A DNA stretch of 63,987 bases, filler included, from Choristocarpus tenellus KU-1152 (lineage: Eukaryota; Protista; Phaeophyceae): the NCBI GenBank assembly GCA_964200185.2. It is 9 parts of 9 records of this genome, joined end to end, with 100 filler letters (N's around TTAATTAATTAA, not from the genome) between each part and the next. Parts side by side here need not be neighbours in the genome. Positions count along the whole stretch, not along the records: positions 1 to 12,158 come from CAXNAD020001947.1; positions 12,259 to 23,228 come from CAXNAD020002598.1; 7 more parts are not named here. The stretch is one strand, 5' to 3'. Within the stretch, counting starts at the first letter, position 1, and every line of letters begins with the position of its first letter. Of this stretch, positions 1 through 12,298 are shown piece after piece. The notes under the pieces were generated by a model, which did no database searches, had not been told where the DNA came from, and saw only the letters and a list, made by a program, of their open reading frames with translations. Both the position numbers and the translations under genes were made by a program.

Positions 1-190
1 GGGCCTTGCTCCAGTAGGGTAGAGACGAAGCCTTTGCCTCTATCCAAATGAGCCGTCCCCATGCTCTCCTGCATCACCTCCATGCTAACAGTCATACGCC
101 ACATAAAAGTAATATCTTGTTCGAGACCTGCAACGTGCAATTATGTCTTCCTTCGGGCCGCCTCCTCAAAGGATTACTTCATGTCAAAGC

Positions 191-1820
191 CTAAGACGTG
201 TCCCGCAATGTCTTGCTGCCCACAATTAACACATCATCATTGCCTGGTATAACTGCCAAGACAAGATTTCTCACCACCACGGGTCCATAGCCTGAGTGGA
301 GTGCCACTTTTAAGGGACACGTCACATTCCCTATGGACTCAGATAATCCATTTGCTATCTTGACGGGGAAGGGTTGGTAGAGGGGCTTGGTTAGCACTGC
401 TCCACCAAAATACTGCTACATTTTTTTTACCAGGCGCTCAGATATGACCGTGATCCCTGACCCCGGGTCCATCAGGGCCTTCATACTGAAAGGCAACTTC
501 CCATGCATGTCGGCCCCCACCGGAGTTACATCTGCTGTACCATGGTAGCTCAACCTTTCTGCATCCACCCCTTCCGTAGCTAGGGACACATCCTCATGAG
601 TGCCCTGGATTTTTCGCAGGCAAGTATGACCTGCATAAGGATTAATGTTGGGATCCGGGCTTGGTGGTAGCAGAGGCATCCCATGATCTACATCATCATG
701 AACCATCTCATTGACCCTCACTGCCCTGCCACTCGTACCCCCACCTCCAGTGCCTTTCCTAAACTCGGTAGCAGGCTGTGGAGCTAACCCCTGCTGGCTC
801 CCTCTACCTTGGGCTGCACCTATACGGCTTGTTCCTTCCCCTACACTCGAGGGTTGCTGTCTGGCACCCCCAGGTTGTTGTCTTGACCCTGGTCCAGATC
901 CCCTCCCAGGGTCTGTACCTTTACCACGATGCTGTGGGTACCCCTGCTGCTGATGCTGCTGCTCCTTCTGGATTCCAACCACCAGCAAGCTTCGGCATTG
1001 AGCATGTTTATGCCCAACATTCCCACATGCATCACAAGTCCCTTGGAGCTTGTTCTTCTTCACACTCAGTCCACTACCAGGTGTGCCTTCCCCTGACTTG
1101 ACATTCGTCTCCCCAAACTTAAGCTTCCCCCTCTTGGTGTTTACCACCAGGTTCACCTTGCTTGGTTCGTTTCGATTCAAATTCACGAACCCTCTCATAC
1201 ATTCTCCAGTTTTCGACTTCCTCCTTTACCAGCTCAAAGATCTGGTCTGGATCCTTTTTTAGCTCAGGATCCTAAACCACAGACTCAGCAATTTCAGCCT
1301 TAAACGCAGGGGGGTTAAGCCCTGCAATAAAGGCCTCTGAGAGTACCATTCCTGGTCCTGCCTTCCAAGTCTCCCCCACTTGTCCAGCATTATTTCGGAA
1401 AGCACCATCCAGATGGTTATCTTCCAGATAGCTTTCTATATACTGGATCACACCCATGACCCTATCCGTGGCTGACCCTTCGTTTCCTGTCCGGGCCACC
1501 CTCTGCAAATCCCTTTGAATTTGCCCTATATTGAAGGTTCTGCAGTTATCGTCGACTCTCGCCACCTTCTTAAGGGCTTTAAGGAGTTGCACCTCTATCG
1601 TTGCAGCCCAATTGTTTTTTAGTTCGCCCCGCACCAGTGCTCGTCTCTGAGCAACAGTTAAGAACTCGGACAGCGTCATGAATGCAATTTTAATGCCTCC
1701 TTTTGAGTGTTGCATTCTAACGCTCATCTCATATTCGCGTCGGGCTGTCAGAAACTTCCTCACCTCCTTCTCAGCAAGTCTCTCAACTCGTGGAGGTTGA
1801 ATATGCTGCGCTATAATCAA
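191..1820 (-). mobile_element. Degenerate Ty3/gypsy-type LTR retrotransposon gag-protease region (continues off the window start)
   Basis: Three collinear ORF pieces. 1272-1820 is gag-like. 416-1198 has a CCHC zinc knuckle (CDACGNVGHKHAQC) and an aspartic protease motif (ALMDPGSGIT). 191-397 has the protease C-terminus (VLIVGSKTL). Broken by an in-frame TAG at 1272-1274 and by frameshifts. Confidence 0.85.
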
Positions 1821-4800
1821 TTTAGATCAATCGGTCTCTCGCAACCCCCCCCAGGCTGCGCCAGGTCCATTGCTGTCGTTCATTGACATATTGGACCCTT
1901 CGTCTCTCAAGTAACTACACTGGTTTCTGCTCGGTTGTGTGCACTCCAAGCTCCAGCAACCTCCCGCGATCACGTGTTGACCTTGCCCAGCCAATTCCAG
2001 TGCCACACTCGATCCTATGGTCAGGTCTAAAGAATTCAATTGAATTATAGACAGTTCAACCACAGGAACTGATCTATGATGGCATGTAAGGACTCCACCT
2101 CACGTTGGGGCTTACAGCTCTGTTATTTGTTGAAGAAGTGAGCATAGATCCAGTCATGGATCACATATGCTTCAAACATCAAACAATGCAAGCACCTCAG
2201 CTATGGTAGGAAAACCCTCCATGCTATGTCTACAGTGCACAATATATGGTCATGATGTGTTTAGCAGAGTAGGGCCGTGTTGGGTGACACCTATCATTCA
2301 ACACGTCAACAACTGGGTGTTGGACATAGCGAGGACTGAGATCGCCTTGGTTAGACCATCCTGAGAAGATGTCCATCGCGTTTGTGGGCACACACGAGCC
2401 ACATCAGAAATATTATGGACACATCCCATAATGCACGTAGGATGAATTGAATTGAGGTAGTTTTTCGTACGGCAGAGTATATGCTCTGACCTAGATTTTT
2501 TGGAAAACGGTTGGCCAATTTTTGGTGGGTGTCACCTCCAAAAATATTTGTGCATGTATATACTACGATTGGTGTGTTTTTTCGTATGGCAAACTATGGT
2601 AGGACGGGTTTTATTAGAAGGGATACACCGAACGTTTCATGTGGTGTAGCTCTACATATATCACCAGATGCACATACCATTGTTTGTGCCTCTTTCTCTA
2701 CAGGGGAAATGATGTTGCACTTGATTTGTTGGAGGAGTGTGCCTTCAAATAAGTCGTTATGTGAACCGCTGCAACTTTTGCCATACTTTGTCATACGGCG
2801 AAGTATGGCAAAAATTGCATGAGGTAAGTTGATAAAGGAAGAGCGAAACACGTGTTGGCATGTGTTGGGTATTGTAAGGGTCAGGGATAGTGTTGGGGTT
2901 GAGGCATAGGGTTAGGATTGGGACAGGGGTTAGGGTTGGGATTGGAAACAGATACAGAAAGGAGCATCATTTATTTACGGCATATATCGGGGTCAACGTA
3001 TCGGAGGACACGATCTTCGCCGTTAGGTTTCGCCCTGCTGTTGAGGGGGGGACGTGTGCGTCACCAGTTCCGAGCTACGGTGTAACTTGTGAACACCACG
3101 TGTCTCTGGTTCTGATGCAAATATTGGATTTGAGAAGGATGTGGTGACCATATGCTTCGCTATGTCTAGTCTTCAAGCGGTAATCCCTCGCTCCGGTATT
3201 TATAGAACGCACAGGTTACATTGGAGTATGTCCAACTGTGATGGAGGCCTGGCCTTACCCTTTGGATGTCTCAGGGTCTACCCCTCCGGAGTCTACAAGT
3301 TCATTCCCTTTGTTAGCCAGATCCCCTAGTGGCTGACAGGTGGCCATCCTACATCTGCAGAGCGATGGGTATGGTCCTCTCGAAGAACTGCGACAACGAA
3401 TCCTCTATATTGCCCAGGCTCGTTGATTTGTTGTTGAATGAGTGAACGAGTGTGAGGGTTGGTCGCATATGTTGTTTGACGAAAGCTTTTTTGTTATACA
3501 CCGTAACATAATTATTCGAATGTGGAAATATATGAAAAAAAGATGCAAACTCAAGGTTTTGACCCTGTCGCACTAATTATGAAGTAATGGAGGATGGAGG
3601 ATTGGTTATTTATATATATATACATTTCTAGTCTATTTGTTCTATTTCAACGTCGTTGCAAACCCCATTAAAATTTCTATATTTATGTGAAGAGAGCAAA
3701 ACTCCCCTTTTGAAATTTCCTCCTATTTGATTCCCGAGAAAAAGGAACACTGAAACTGCCCTGTTTAGAACCCCAATATATATACTACTATCTTCTAGGG
3801 GCACAACATTCAGTAAGAACGGTTGTTCTTTCGTTGATTATTGTGAAATTGTTATAGAACCGAAAAAAAAGAGGTCGAAAAGACCATACTTTCTTGGTTA
3901 CGGGAGACTAGGTGCGTATCCCTTCTACGAGGATCGAACTCGTTTGCCGCCATCCCTGTGCCCTGTACGTAATGCTAAACACCGGGCGTGTCAGAAGGGA
4001 AAAACGACGGCAGGACTTCCTCTTCGTGCAAGGTGATCAGGTGCGTACGACTCGAGGATGATGTAATCCAACGACGAATGTTATCCTCTCTGGACCTGAC
4101 TTGATGTGCAAAACATTTTCTCTCTCTCCTTCTGTCGGTTTTCCCTGTCCCATTTGCAACGTGCCCACCCGATCCAGACATAACGAGATAAAAGGAGAGG
4201 CTTAGTCCAACCACCGAACACGGCCATGCCTCCAAAGAAGGCTGAAGAAGGCGAGTCCCTCTACCAAAAACGTAAACCCTTTGTGCAGCTCATTCGGGAG
4301 CGTTCCTGAATGACCAATATCGCAAACACCATCATGATTTAGTGCTTTTGATGGATGTTGCGACTTTCATTCGTTCACATAGCATGCATTAGCATGTGGG
4401 TGACATCGTCATATACCCAAGCGGTTGTATGACCCCTGTAGTCGCGGCCCCTAACCCAACTGTTGTTGTGCAAATAGGACAATAGTGAGATGTACCTTAT
4501 TTTGTGTATATGAGATTATTGTGTTGAATTGAGTCCATGTGATGTAACTAATGAGATAGTACATCCGGATTATATATGGTAATATGTATGGGTTTTCATT
4601 CTGCATTCAACTACTTTGACATAACCATGGACTTATGTATGAGACACAAATAATAATAAAACAAGTAATGATAAGACACCCTACAAAGGTCACTCTTCTA
4701 ATTTTCAACCATGTAATCACGTTCAGCAAACGGGGTCATGTGAGGCTTCACACCTTCTTATCTTCACTACTAACAAATAGCATTACCTCCCAAGGTAAAT

Positions 4801-5070
4801 TTGCACAGTTTTGACTGAGATTGCAAGGTGTGAGAGGACTTAAAAAAACATACTCGTTCTGCTCCCAGTTGGGTCTCAACCTATTCCTTCGCCTTACGCC
4901 AAGGATGGATACTGGGAGAACTCACATGGGTAAGAAAACGCGAAGGTGCTGCACCCCGCACACGTGATTAGTGATCATACTAAATGCCTAGCATATATAT
5001 TCACTAGATACACAGTGGAACTCTCTGAGATACATGCACCGCTCACCCCCACACCTGCCCATTCACCCAC

Positions 5071-8000
5071 CTAAAGTTTGTGTCCGTAGCCACCACTTGG
5101 CTTATGCCACGGGCATCGCGAAGAAAGCGGGGAGTTTCATCCAGCTCGTGGTCCTCGGCGCTAGCACCATTCTACTCGATGCGGGTCAGGGGGCGAGGAA
5201 TAGGCAGAAGGACAGTGTTGTGAATCGAAAGCAGCGTTTATGAGTCCACATTATAATAGCATAAGTTGAATTGTTTGGAGAAATTTCTATGTGTTCGATT
5301 ATAAACAAAATGTTCACGCAGCGCACGAATTGAGGCGCGCGAATCGCAGATCTCTCTGCGACGAGATCGCGCAGCCAGCTTTCGCCCCCAAAAGAACCAG
5401 ATTAAAACAACCACGCCCCTCCTCTTTCGGTTTCAACTAATCGCAATCTTATCGAATCGTTTGCGAGATTCACAGCATTAACAGGAAAAGGTAACATAGC
5501 GATTTCGACTTCTCAAAACAATACTTGAACAGGTAGGCACACCTACCGCTTGGTACTATTATTAATACTGCTCCTGTAGATCAGAGAGGCAAGCAACAGG
5601 AAGATCTGCGTCTGGGTAATAGACAACATGTCGTCGAAATTAATACCAAACTTTGCAATCAGCCAGCAGCGTTGTCAGGCACGTTCTCACCCACGCGATG
5701 ATGCTCCAAGGTGGAGGAAGTAGGGTAGGTTTCGCGGTGAAAGCGTCATATTGACTTCTTAATGTCGCCTGCCGTCTGCTGTATTCTACGGTAATGGATG
5801 GTGAAATGGATAAGTGTTACTATACGGTACTCTGGCGTATTTGATACTAGAGGTGTGTATTTAGTAGTACTCCCTGTATACCTTTCATTTCCTGCAGAGC
5901 TCAACATACGATTCTCTTTCAAACCTCCATGCACGTTCCAAAGAAAGCCTTGCTGGTAGGTGTGTCTATTGACCGTATCACAGTATCACCGTGCGCACTC
6001 TCTATGTTGCTGCAACTAGGCACCATCAGTGTATCGAGTATGCCCTTCATCTCTGCTGCGAGAATAGTATACGGATGGTGAGCGGAACAGTGGCTCCAGT
6101 CCACCTTGAAGCAATGAGTGAGCGTATAAAGGAATCGAACACACGTATATATGTCAGTAAAAAAAAAAAAAAAAGACTTTGGACGCGCGATAGGTTCAAC
6201 CCTATTACAACCCTATAACGAGGTGCAAAACGTATTGCTCTGGGCATGTTCTGTTCAGCAAGTAGTAGTAACCTTGAGAAAAACAAAGGTGGTTGACGGT
6301 TGACGTATTTTGCGGCTGGCTTTGATGCACGCTGTACCGTTCAAAATAGACGTCTAGGTGGACGTGTGGTCATGTCCACACAAGCCACAAAAGCAGACCA
6401 GTCCAATGCAACCGCAAGGATATACGGTCAACTGGTGATACTTGAAATGCTAACACCACAAGGGTTGCCTTGAATCCCCTTCTGTCCCAGCCCTGGGTGG
6501 GGCATATAGTCACACCGACACCCACCTGAATATCCAGCCAATCTTGGTCGTCTGTCAGGAAGTCTACGCCAGGCAAGTGCGTGCGGACCATGGGTGAGAT
6601 ATCAATGGCATCCAAGTTGAAGTTCTTGAGCAGGCACTGTTTGAAAGGCAAAGGCAGGTGTGGACGGGGCGAAACACTTAAGGGCATACTGGCTTGGAGC
6701 AAACACGTTTTTGCACCACCATAGTACCTTGATACTGACGTTTGAATGCACAGGTAAGGCCTTTGTGATTCTGAGATGATGATGATAAGTACCCATTTAC
6801 GGATAGCCTCGGGGGAACGTACGGATATATCAAGGGGAGGATATTCTTACCTGTGACAAATGTGGTCCCTCTGTCACCCCGGGGAAAGATGTTCGAAATA
6901 GATGGTTGGCGGGATCCACAGAGCCAGCCATCAGAGTTTAGAGGCCGGCCATACCCAAAATATCCCGGCATCTGGGCAAGATTGTCTGCGGTGCAGGGAA
7001 GGAGAGTTTGCGATGACACACCGAGTGTAGTAGTACAGGCGACTTGATTGGTCTGCTGAGCTTGGGGAAATATGAGAACAGCACTGGAATGATGCTGCAG
7101 AGACAATGCTATAGGATACTTCAACTAACCTCTCTCTTCAACATGCGAGAGATGTCGTCGCCATAACTAGTAGTGTTATGCCTACGTTGTGTGTGCTGAT
7201 ACCAGCATATACAACACACAGCAAGACGGTTTCATGTACGCTTATCTTTAGTTCGGTACAATACAGAGTAGTATTGTAGATAGCGGTATGATGAGTCAGT
7301 CGTTTGGCCACATGTCAGGAAATGGATGGCTAAGACGGAAGCCCATCGAATAATTAATAAACACTGCATGTTCACCACGTAACTCACGAGCAGCTCATGG
7401 TGATGAGCCCTTCCTGCGCAAAGCTATTAAACAAGAGATGATAATAATATTCATAAAAGGTCAGCAAACTCACAATCCGCTTTAGTCCCCCATCGTGGCA
7501 AAGAAAACATGACTACTTCACCAACCTGCAGCCTCTTGTGTCAGTTCATTTGTGCCGTACTGGCTGAAGGGAACATCCCTGAGCAATGCCATCCAGTACA
7601 CCTTCCGTGTGGACATGAAGCCAAAGGATGAACGGTGAGTTGTAAGAAAGAACAACATCATATACCTCACACATCCACATACTCCACATACTTACATGTA
7701 GGAGGACATACATGCATACATAGTAATAGTCAATATCAAGATGAAATGATTTGAGTAAAGCAGACGCTGTAGCATAGCGATCACCCATGCTCCAAGATTA
7801 TTAATCCAAAAGTGTTTGAAAGTGCCATCGTGAGGGCAAGCAGGTGGACAAGACTCCTAAGAACATATCCAGGCAAAAAACCATATCGAATAGGTTGTGC
7901 GACCTTGAAAGGTACAGCGGCATCTGAGGTGCACAGGCAAAAGCAATGTACGAGTTACCTCAGCCATCTGGGCCGCAAGTTGGGCAGATTCCAGGGTTGG

Positions 8001-9267
8001 GGGTGGCCTCATCGCAATAGCTTGGCTGTCGAAGGACACAGAACGATCACAAGAAGAATCGAGGGGATATACGAGGGCAAGGTCAAGCGGCAATCTAGGG
8101 TCTGGTAGAGGGAATGGAAACCTCAGAATTGCACAATTATCGCACTTCAAAGTAGTGGAGTAGTCATATTTTTTTCATGCTTCCAAGTAGTTATCTGTAC
8201 TACTAACAGCAAAATAAAACAGAATCTATTTGGGACGTTGGTGTTGTAAAACCAGGGTCGTCCATTCCATACTCGATGAACCCACAGGCACGAACAACTT
8301 GAGAGGAGTACCATCGGTCTCCGCGGTCGTTACTCATGAAGAATGGGAAGTTACAAGATAGAAATTGGGTGTGGACATTTTGGAGGTTCCGTCGCCCATC
8401 ACTCTCGTCGTACAGCCCCTGGGATATGTTCAGAGTAAGTAGACGGTTATTTACTCACGGGTCAGGCCCCCGCATCACGAAAGTTAGTCCTCCCAAAGGA
8501 TTGGCCAGCGCAGTTGGTCCCCCAGGGACATTATCGCACTTGTCGAAATCTCCGGAAGATAGGCACTCCAGGAGGGCTTCGTACGCCTGCGGGTCTACCT
8601 GTGTGAAGGGGAAGAGGGGCAGCGCAAGAGGTGCAATGAATTAACGGGGCCTGGGCGGGAGGGGAAGCCACCTTGAACTCACGTGTTTCGACCACTGCAA
8701 TATGCGCAGGAAACACGAAACGATCTCTGTGTCAACGTCTGGGCAGACCCTCTCACTCTTATCCCGTGCCCCTGGCGAAAATATGATGATGCAACACAAA
8801 TAGGGTGTCAACAAGCATCATCACAGGGAAGTACATCTAGTGTTTCAACATCCACCTCAACTTGTATTTCAGGAAACTGTAAGATACTGTCAATGCTGTA
8901 CTACGTGTAATACTTGTAGCGGCCCGTTGGTGTTTAGTGTTCAGAGAGCTCTAGACAATCAACGCCAAGGAGGGATGCTTTCCTCCCCGTACTCATTGTG
9001 GGGTAAGGTCTTGTGGAAGTTGCCTATGAACGACGCGTATTTTTCCTCGTCTCCGTTATTACTGTGGCACATATGTTGGGTCTCAAACTCCGCCTGAGCC
9101 GCGTCAGAGCGCATCTCGAAGGCAGCAGCCCGTCTGGACGGAGGCGAGAGGGGACCGATGGAAGAATCCAACTCGCACATCTTGGTATCATCGGACTGTC
9201 CCCAGCAGGAAGTAGACATCACGAGCGCCAGTAGGGACGTCGCTCGGGAAATGTGTTCTATCATCAT
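5071..9267 (-). pseudogene. Vanadium-dependent haloperoxidase (bromoperoxidase-like), N-terminal half, 7 exons, probably pseudogene
   Basis: Exons: 9267-8983 (signal peptide; NNGDEEKYASFIGNFHKTLPHNEYGE), 8598-8459 (VDPQAYEALL..LANPLGG), 8025-7959 (PPPTLESAQLAAQMAE), 7601-7526 (VYWMALLRDVPFSQYGT), 6985-6851 (LFRTSFPGVTEGPHLSQ), 6636-6526 (PGVDFLTDDQDWLDIQ), 5171-5071 (NG..PRFLRDARG). Splice phases are consistent except for a 4-bp duplication at 6923-6930 and a GA donor at 8982-8981. Confidence 0.88.
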
Positions 9268-10701
9268 GATCTTCAGATCGAGAAAGTTGTTTTACGAAGG
9301 TCTGCAGTAGGCACCTCGCAAACGTGAGTGGCACAGGAAATGATCAAACCATTGCGACAACAACGATGAATGACTCCTTGGGCGGGACTGTGGGACTCCG
9401 CATCGGTGGCTAGAAGGTCGCGAGGGGTACAGTCTATTTGGTCAGTTGTTACCGGCTCTTGGTGATTTGCTTCGCCCCAACTGCTTCCGCCTTCACCATT
9501 AGGCGAGATAATGGTTGGTGTTTTCCTCTCTGTTTCTCTCCATGATGGGAACTGGTGTATGGTAATGCAACCAAGGATTTTCCGATAGTAGAGTTGTAGA
9601 TGTGATTTCCTGGAGTTTTGTTTGGGGTTTTCTTGTGGTCTCAGGAATCGAGGACGATTCTTAGCAGTGACTTGTCATCGGTTTTCCCAAGACACATCTG
9701 GAAAATGTCAAACAGCAAAGTAATATATATATAGAACCTACACATACACAGAACTGAAAGGAACGTGGAAAAGAAATCTTTTTTATGAGTAGGATTTACC
9801 ACCACCCTACATACGAAACACCACCTATCATATACGGGTTCTCACGTTTAGGATATTTTATTTCTTTAGGGCTAATAATGACATATGTATAGTTTTCATT
9901 GGTTTTTCCCCTGACACATCTGGAAAATGTCCGAGGGCATAGTAATATTAATCATATACGGGTTTGTTTTGTATTATACCATCGTATCGTAGAATTACTA
10001 CTGGTATATATATTATTATTATCATTCTCGCACTGTACGTACTATCTTCTTCAAGGAAAGATTTTTCTGATATATTTTTCTGACACATGAATAGTTTTCA
10101 CTGGTTTTCTTTCGACGCATCTGGAAAATGTCCGAGGGTATAAGAATAAAATATATTTTGGATACTTCTTCCTTTTGAACGTTTTACCTGTCATCGAAGA
10201 CCTCGCACTGAAAGAGATTGGGGTACTTCTTCTAGCCTTGCTAAGGTGTGTACCTACCTACTGGTCTGTTGCAGGATAGACGCAGTTTTTGTTTTGGTCA
10301 CTGTCGCGCCCCCCAATCGCACGACGACGAGTCGCGCAATCTATTCACTTGTTTTGGGAGGATGAACGGCTTAGTCTACTGAGGGAGACCGTTGTTGGAC
10401 ACTTGCCTTTGTTTGCACCCAATGCCGCACACACAGGGCAGACAAGTGTGTCTCGGAGGATATTTGACTGGTTTTGTACTTTGTACCCTCAGCGACCGAT
10501 GTTTGTCAGCAGTCTAGCACCGTTTACCCCACTTTTCTCCCACATTAGTGCTGGACCACCACGAGGGGGGAAGGGACAGGGGAAGGGCTGTGTGGTCTCC
10601 TAGACCCGAAGAAAATGACCATGAGCTCCTGCAATCGCCGGCCCTGGTCTTCCAGAAGAAATGAAAGAAATGGAGGAAATGGAAGAAATGGCAGGGCAGG
10701 T

Positions 10702-10833
10702 GTTGAAACTTTAGTACACCCCTGTGCTACCGAGAAAGCCAGCAGCCCTCCACCCCAATGAAGATGTCCTTCGAGTCTAAGATCGGAGTGCTGACTACTT
10801 TCTCCGTAGCACGGGGTTTTGCTAAAGTTCCAA
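10702..10833. repeat. Hairpin/MITE-like element, copy 1
   Basis: Inverted arms gttgaaactttagtacacccctgtgctac ... gtagcacggggttttgctaaagttccaa. A related copy lies at 11011-11111. Confidence 0.7.
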
Positions 10834-11010
10834 AAAAAAATATTCCCCGGCATCACAAGCTGTTAGACTCGGTGAGTTTTCGCCCGAGGGTTGCTATCCC
10901 TCTAATCAGGGACTAACTTGACGTCGTGTATCCTGGCAGCGTGTGTTGCCTTTTGACAGATGTGCAACCATATAACCATGCCGGGATTCGACCCCATGAC
11001 AGTAACGTTT

Positions 11011-11111
11011 GTTGGAACTTTGATACACCCCTGTGCTACCCATAAGGTAGTCGGCTGACTAGCTTCGCGGACTACCTTCTCCGTAGCACGGGGGTTGACT
11101 AAAGTTTCAAC
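11011..11111. repeat. Hairpin/MITE-like element, copy 2
   Basis: gttggaactttgatacacccctgtgctac ... gtagcacggggttgactaaagtttcaac, almost wholly palindromic. Confidence 0.7.
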
Positions 11112-11544
11112 GGTGGGGTTGTGCGTGCGCGTAGGAGGGATGAGCTGTGCCTGTGCGTGCTTGTGTGTTAAATCATACCCTACTCATCTCTTGTGTACTT
11201 CACCTTGTGTACTTCACATGACACATTACTACCAGTTCATACTTGACTGTTGATTCGCACATCGGTACTAGTCGTTAATCCTACAGCATTAGCATCTCAC
11301 CATAGCACCATCAACTACTGTTAGAACATCGTGGTGCATAGGAAGAATGGAACAGTCGACATCTGTCAAACATAAAGCATAGTATGTGCCATATGAATTG
11401 TTTCAGATACTGAATCGAGTTGGTTTCTTTGTTTTCTTTGATCTTCACATCAGAACCATCAGTTGCGTCTCATATGTTGATTATTCATTTATTTTCTGGT
11501 TGTCTATGTTCTCACTTAACATTATCAGTCTATCCCAGCTCCTA

Positions 11545-12058
11545 TGTCGAGAGACAGTTGAGAGGTAGGCAGGTTTGGACTCTCTAAGATATCTTTCCTA
11601 CCCTGTCCAGTACAATTTGTTTCATTGCATTTTGTTCACAGTCGCGCACGCGAAATTGGTATTGAACCGATCTAACTGTTAGGTAAGCAGGGTTGCATTT
11701 GAAGGATCCTGGGAAAGGGTAAAAATATGTCATTTTGTACAATTACAGAAAGAGCCTTTGTCTAATTGTGATGTCACTTTGAGTGTGGAAGGGGGGAATG
11801 TCAACCTTGCGTACACTATTGTGCACATACATTATTGAAATGAATTGCATTACACAGGGAAAGAAAGGTGGCCTAGAATGCAAAAGGGCGCAAACCTGCC
11901 TACCTTTCGATCGGTTTGGCTCATTCCCCCTTTCCACACACAACTCGACACCATACTTCAGCAAAGGCTCCTTCTGCAACTGTACAGAAGGACACATTTT
12001 CGCCCTTTCTTGGGATCCTTAAAGAGCTACGCTGCCTACCTCTCAGTTTCTTTGACTT
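11545..12058. mobile_element. MITE family C: older copy split by a younger inverted copy of the same family (11664-11922, TSD ATT)
   Basis: TIR core GAGGTAGGCAG. The inner copy is flanked by ATT at 11661-63 and 11923-25. Removing it restores sequence collinear with the 37333-37591 copy. Confidence 0.85.
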
Positions 12059-12158
12059 TCCTTACAACTACCTGCTGTCCTCTAGGGTGAAACTGCTCAA
12101 AAAACGCTTATGACTATATTAGATTTGTCTTCAAGTGTCTGGTGATCTGACCCAAAGA

Positions 12159-12258
12159 NNNNNNNNNNNNNNNNNNNNNNNNNNNNNNNNNNNNNNNNNN
12201 NNTTAATTAATTAANNNNNNNNNNNNNNNNNNNNNNNNNNNNNNNNNNNNNNNNNNNN
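12159..12258. other. Artificial contig linker (also 23229-23328, 28052-28151, 34731-34830, 39511-39610, 51113-51212, 56407-56506, 61336-61435)
   Basis: Identical 44N + TTAATTAATTAA (stops in six frames) + 44N at eight positions. Confidence 0.98.
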
Positions 12259-12298
12259 CCCCCTCCCACCCCCCCCCCCCCACCCTCAAAAAACAGAC

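Noticed and set aside
711-1262. Plus-strand ORFs over the gag region (and similar shadow ORFs at 14233-15034, 26281-26811, 44578-45147)
   Set aside because: Antisense shadows of real coding sequence.
5293-5530. Possible solo LTR (tgttc...gaaca)
   Set aside because: No TSD, PBS or PPT, and no second copy in the window.
8459-8480. Suspected frameshift at the end of haloperoxidase exon 2
   Set aside because: Recounting the C5 run shows the exon is 140 bp and in phase with exon 3.
12159-12258. Recurrent TTAATTAATTAA palindrome between N runs
   Set aside because: Artificial six-frame-stop contig linker, not biological. Gene neighbourhoods across it cannot be interpreted.
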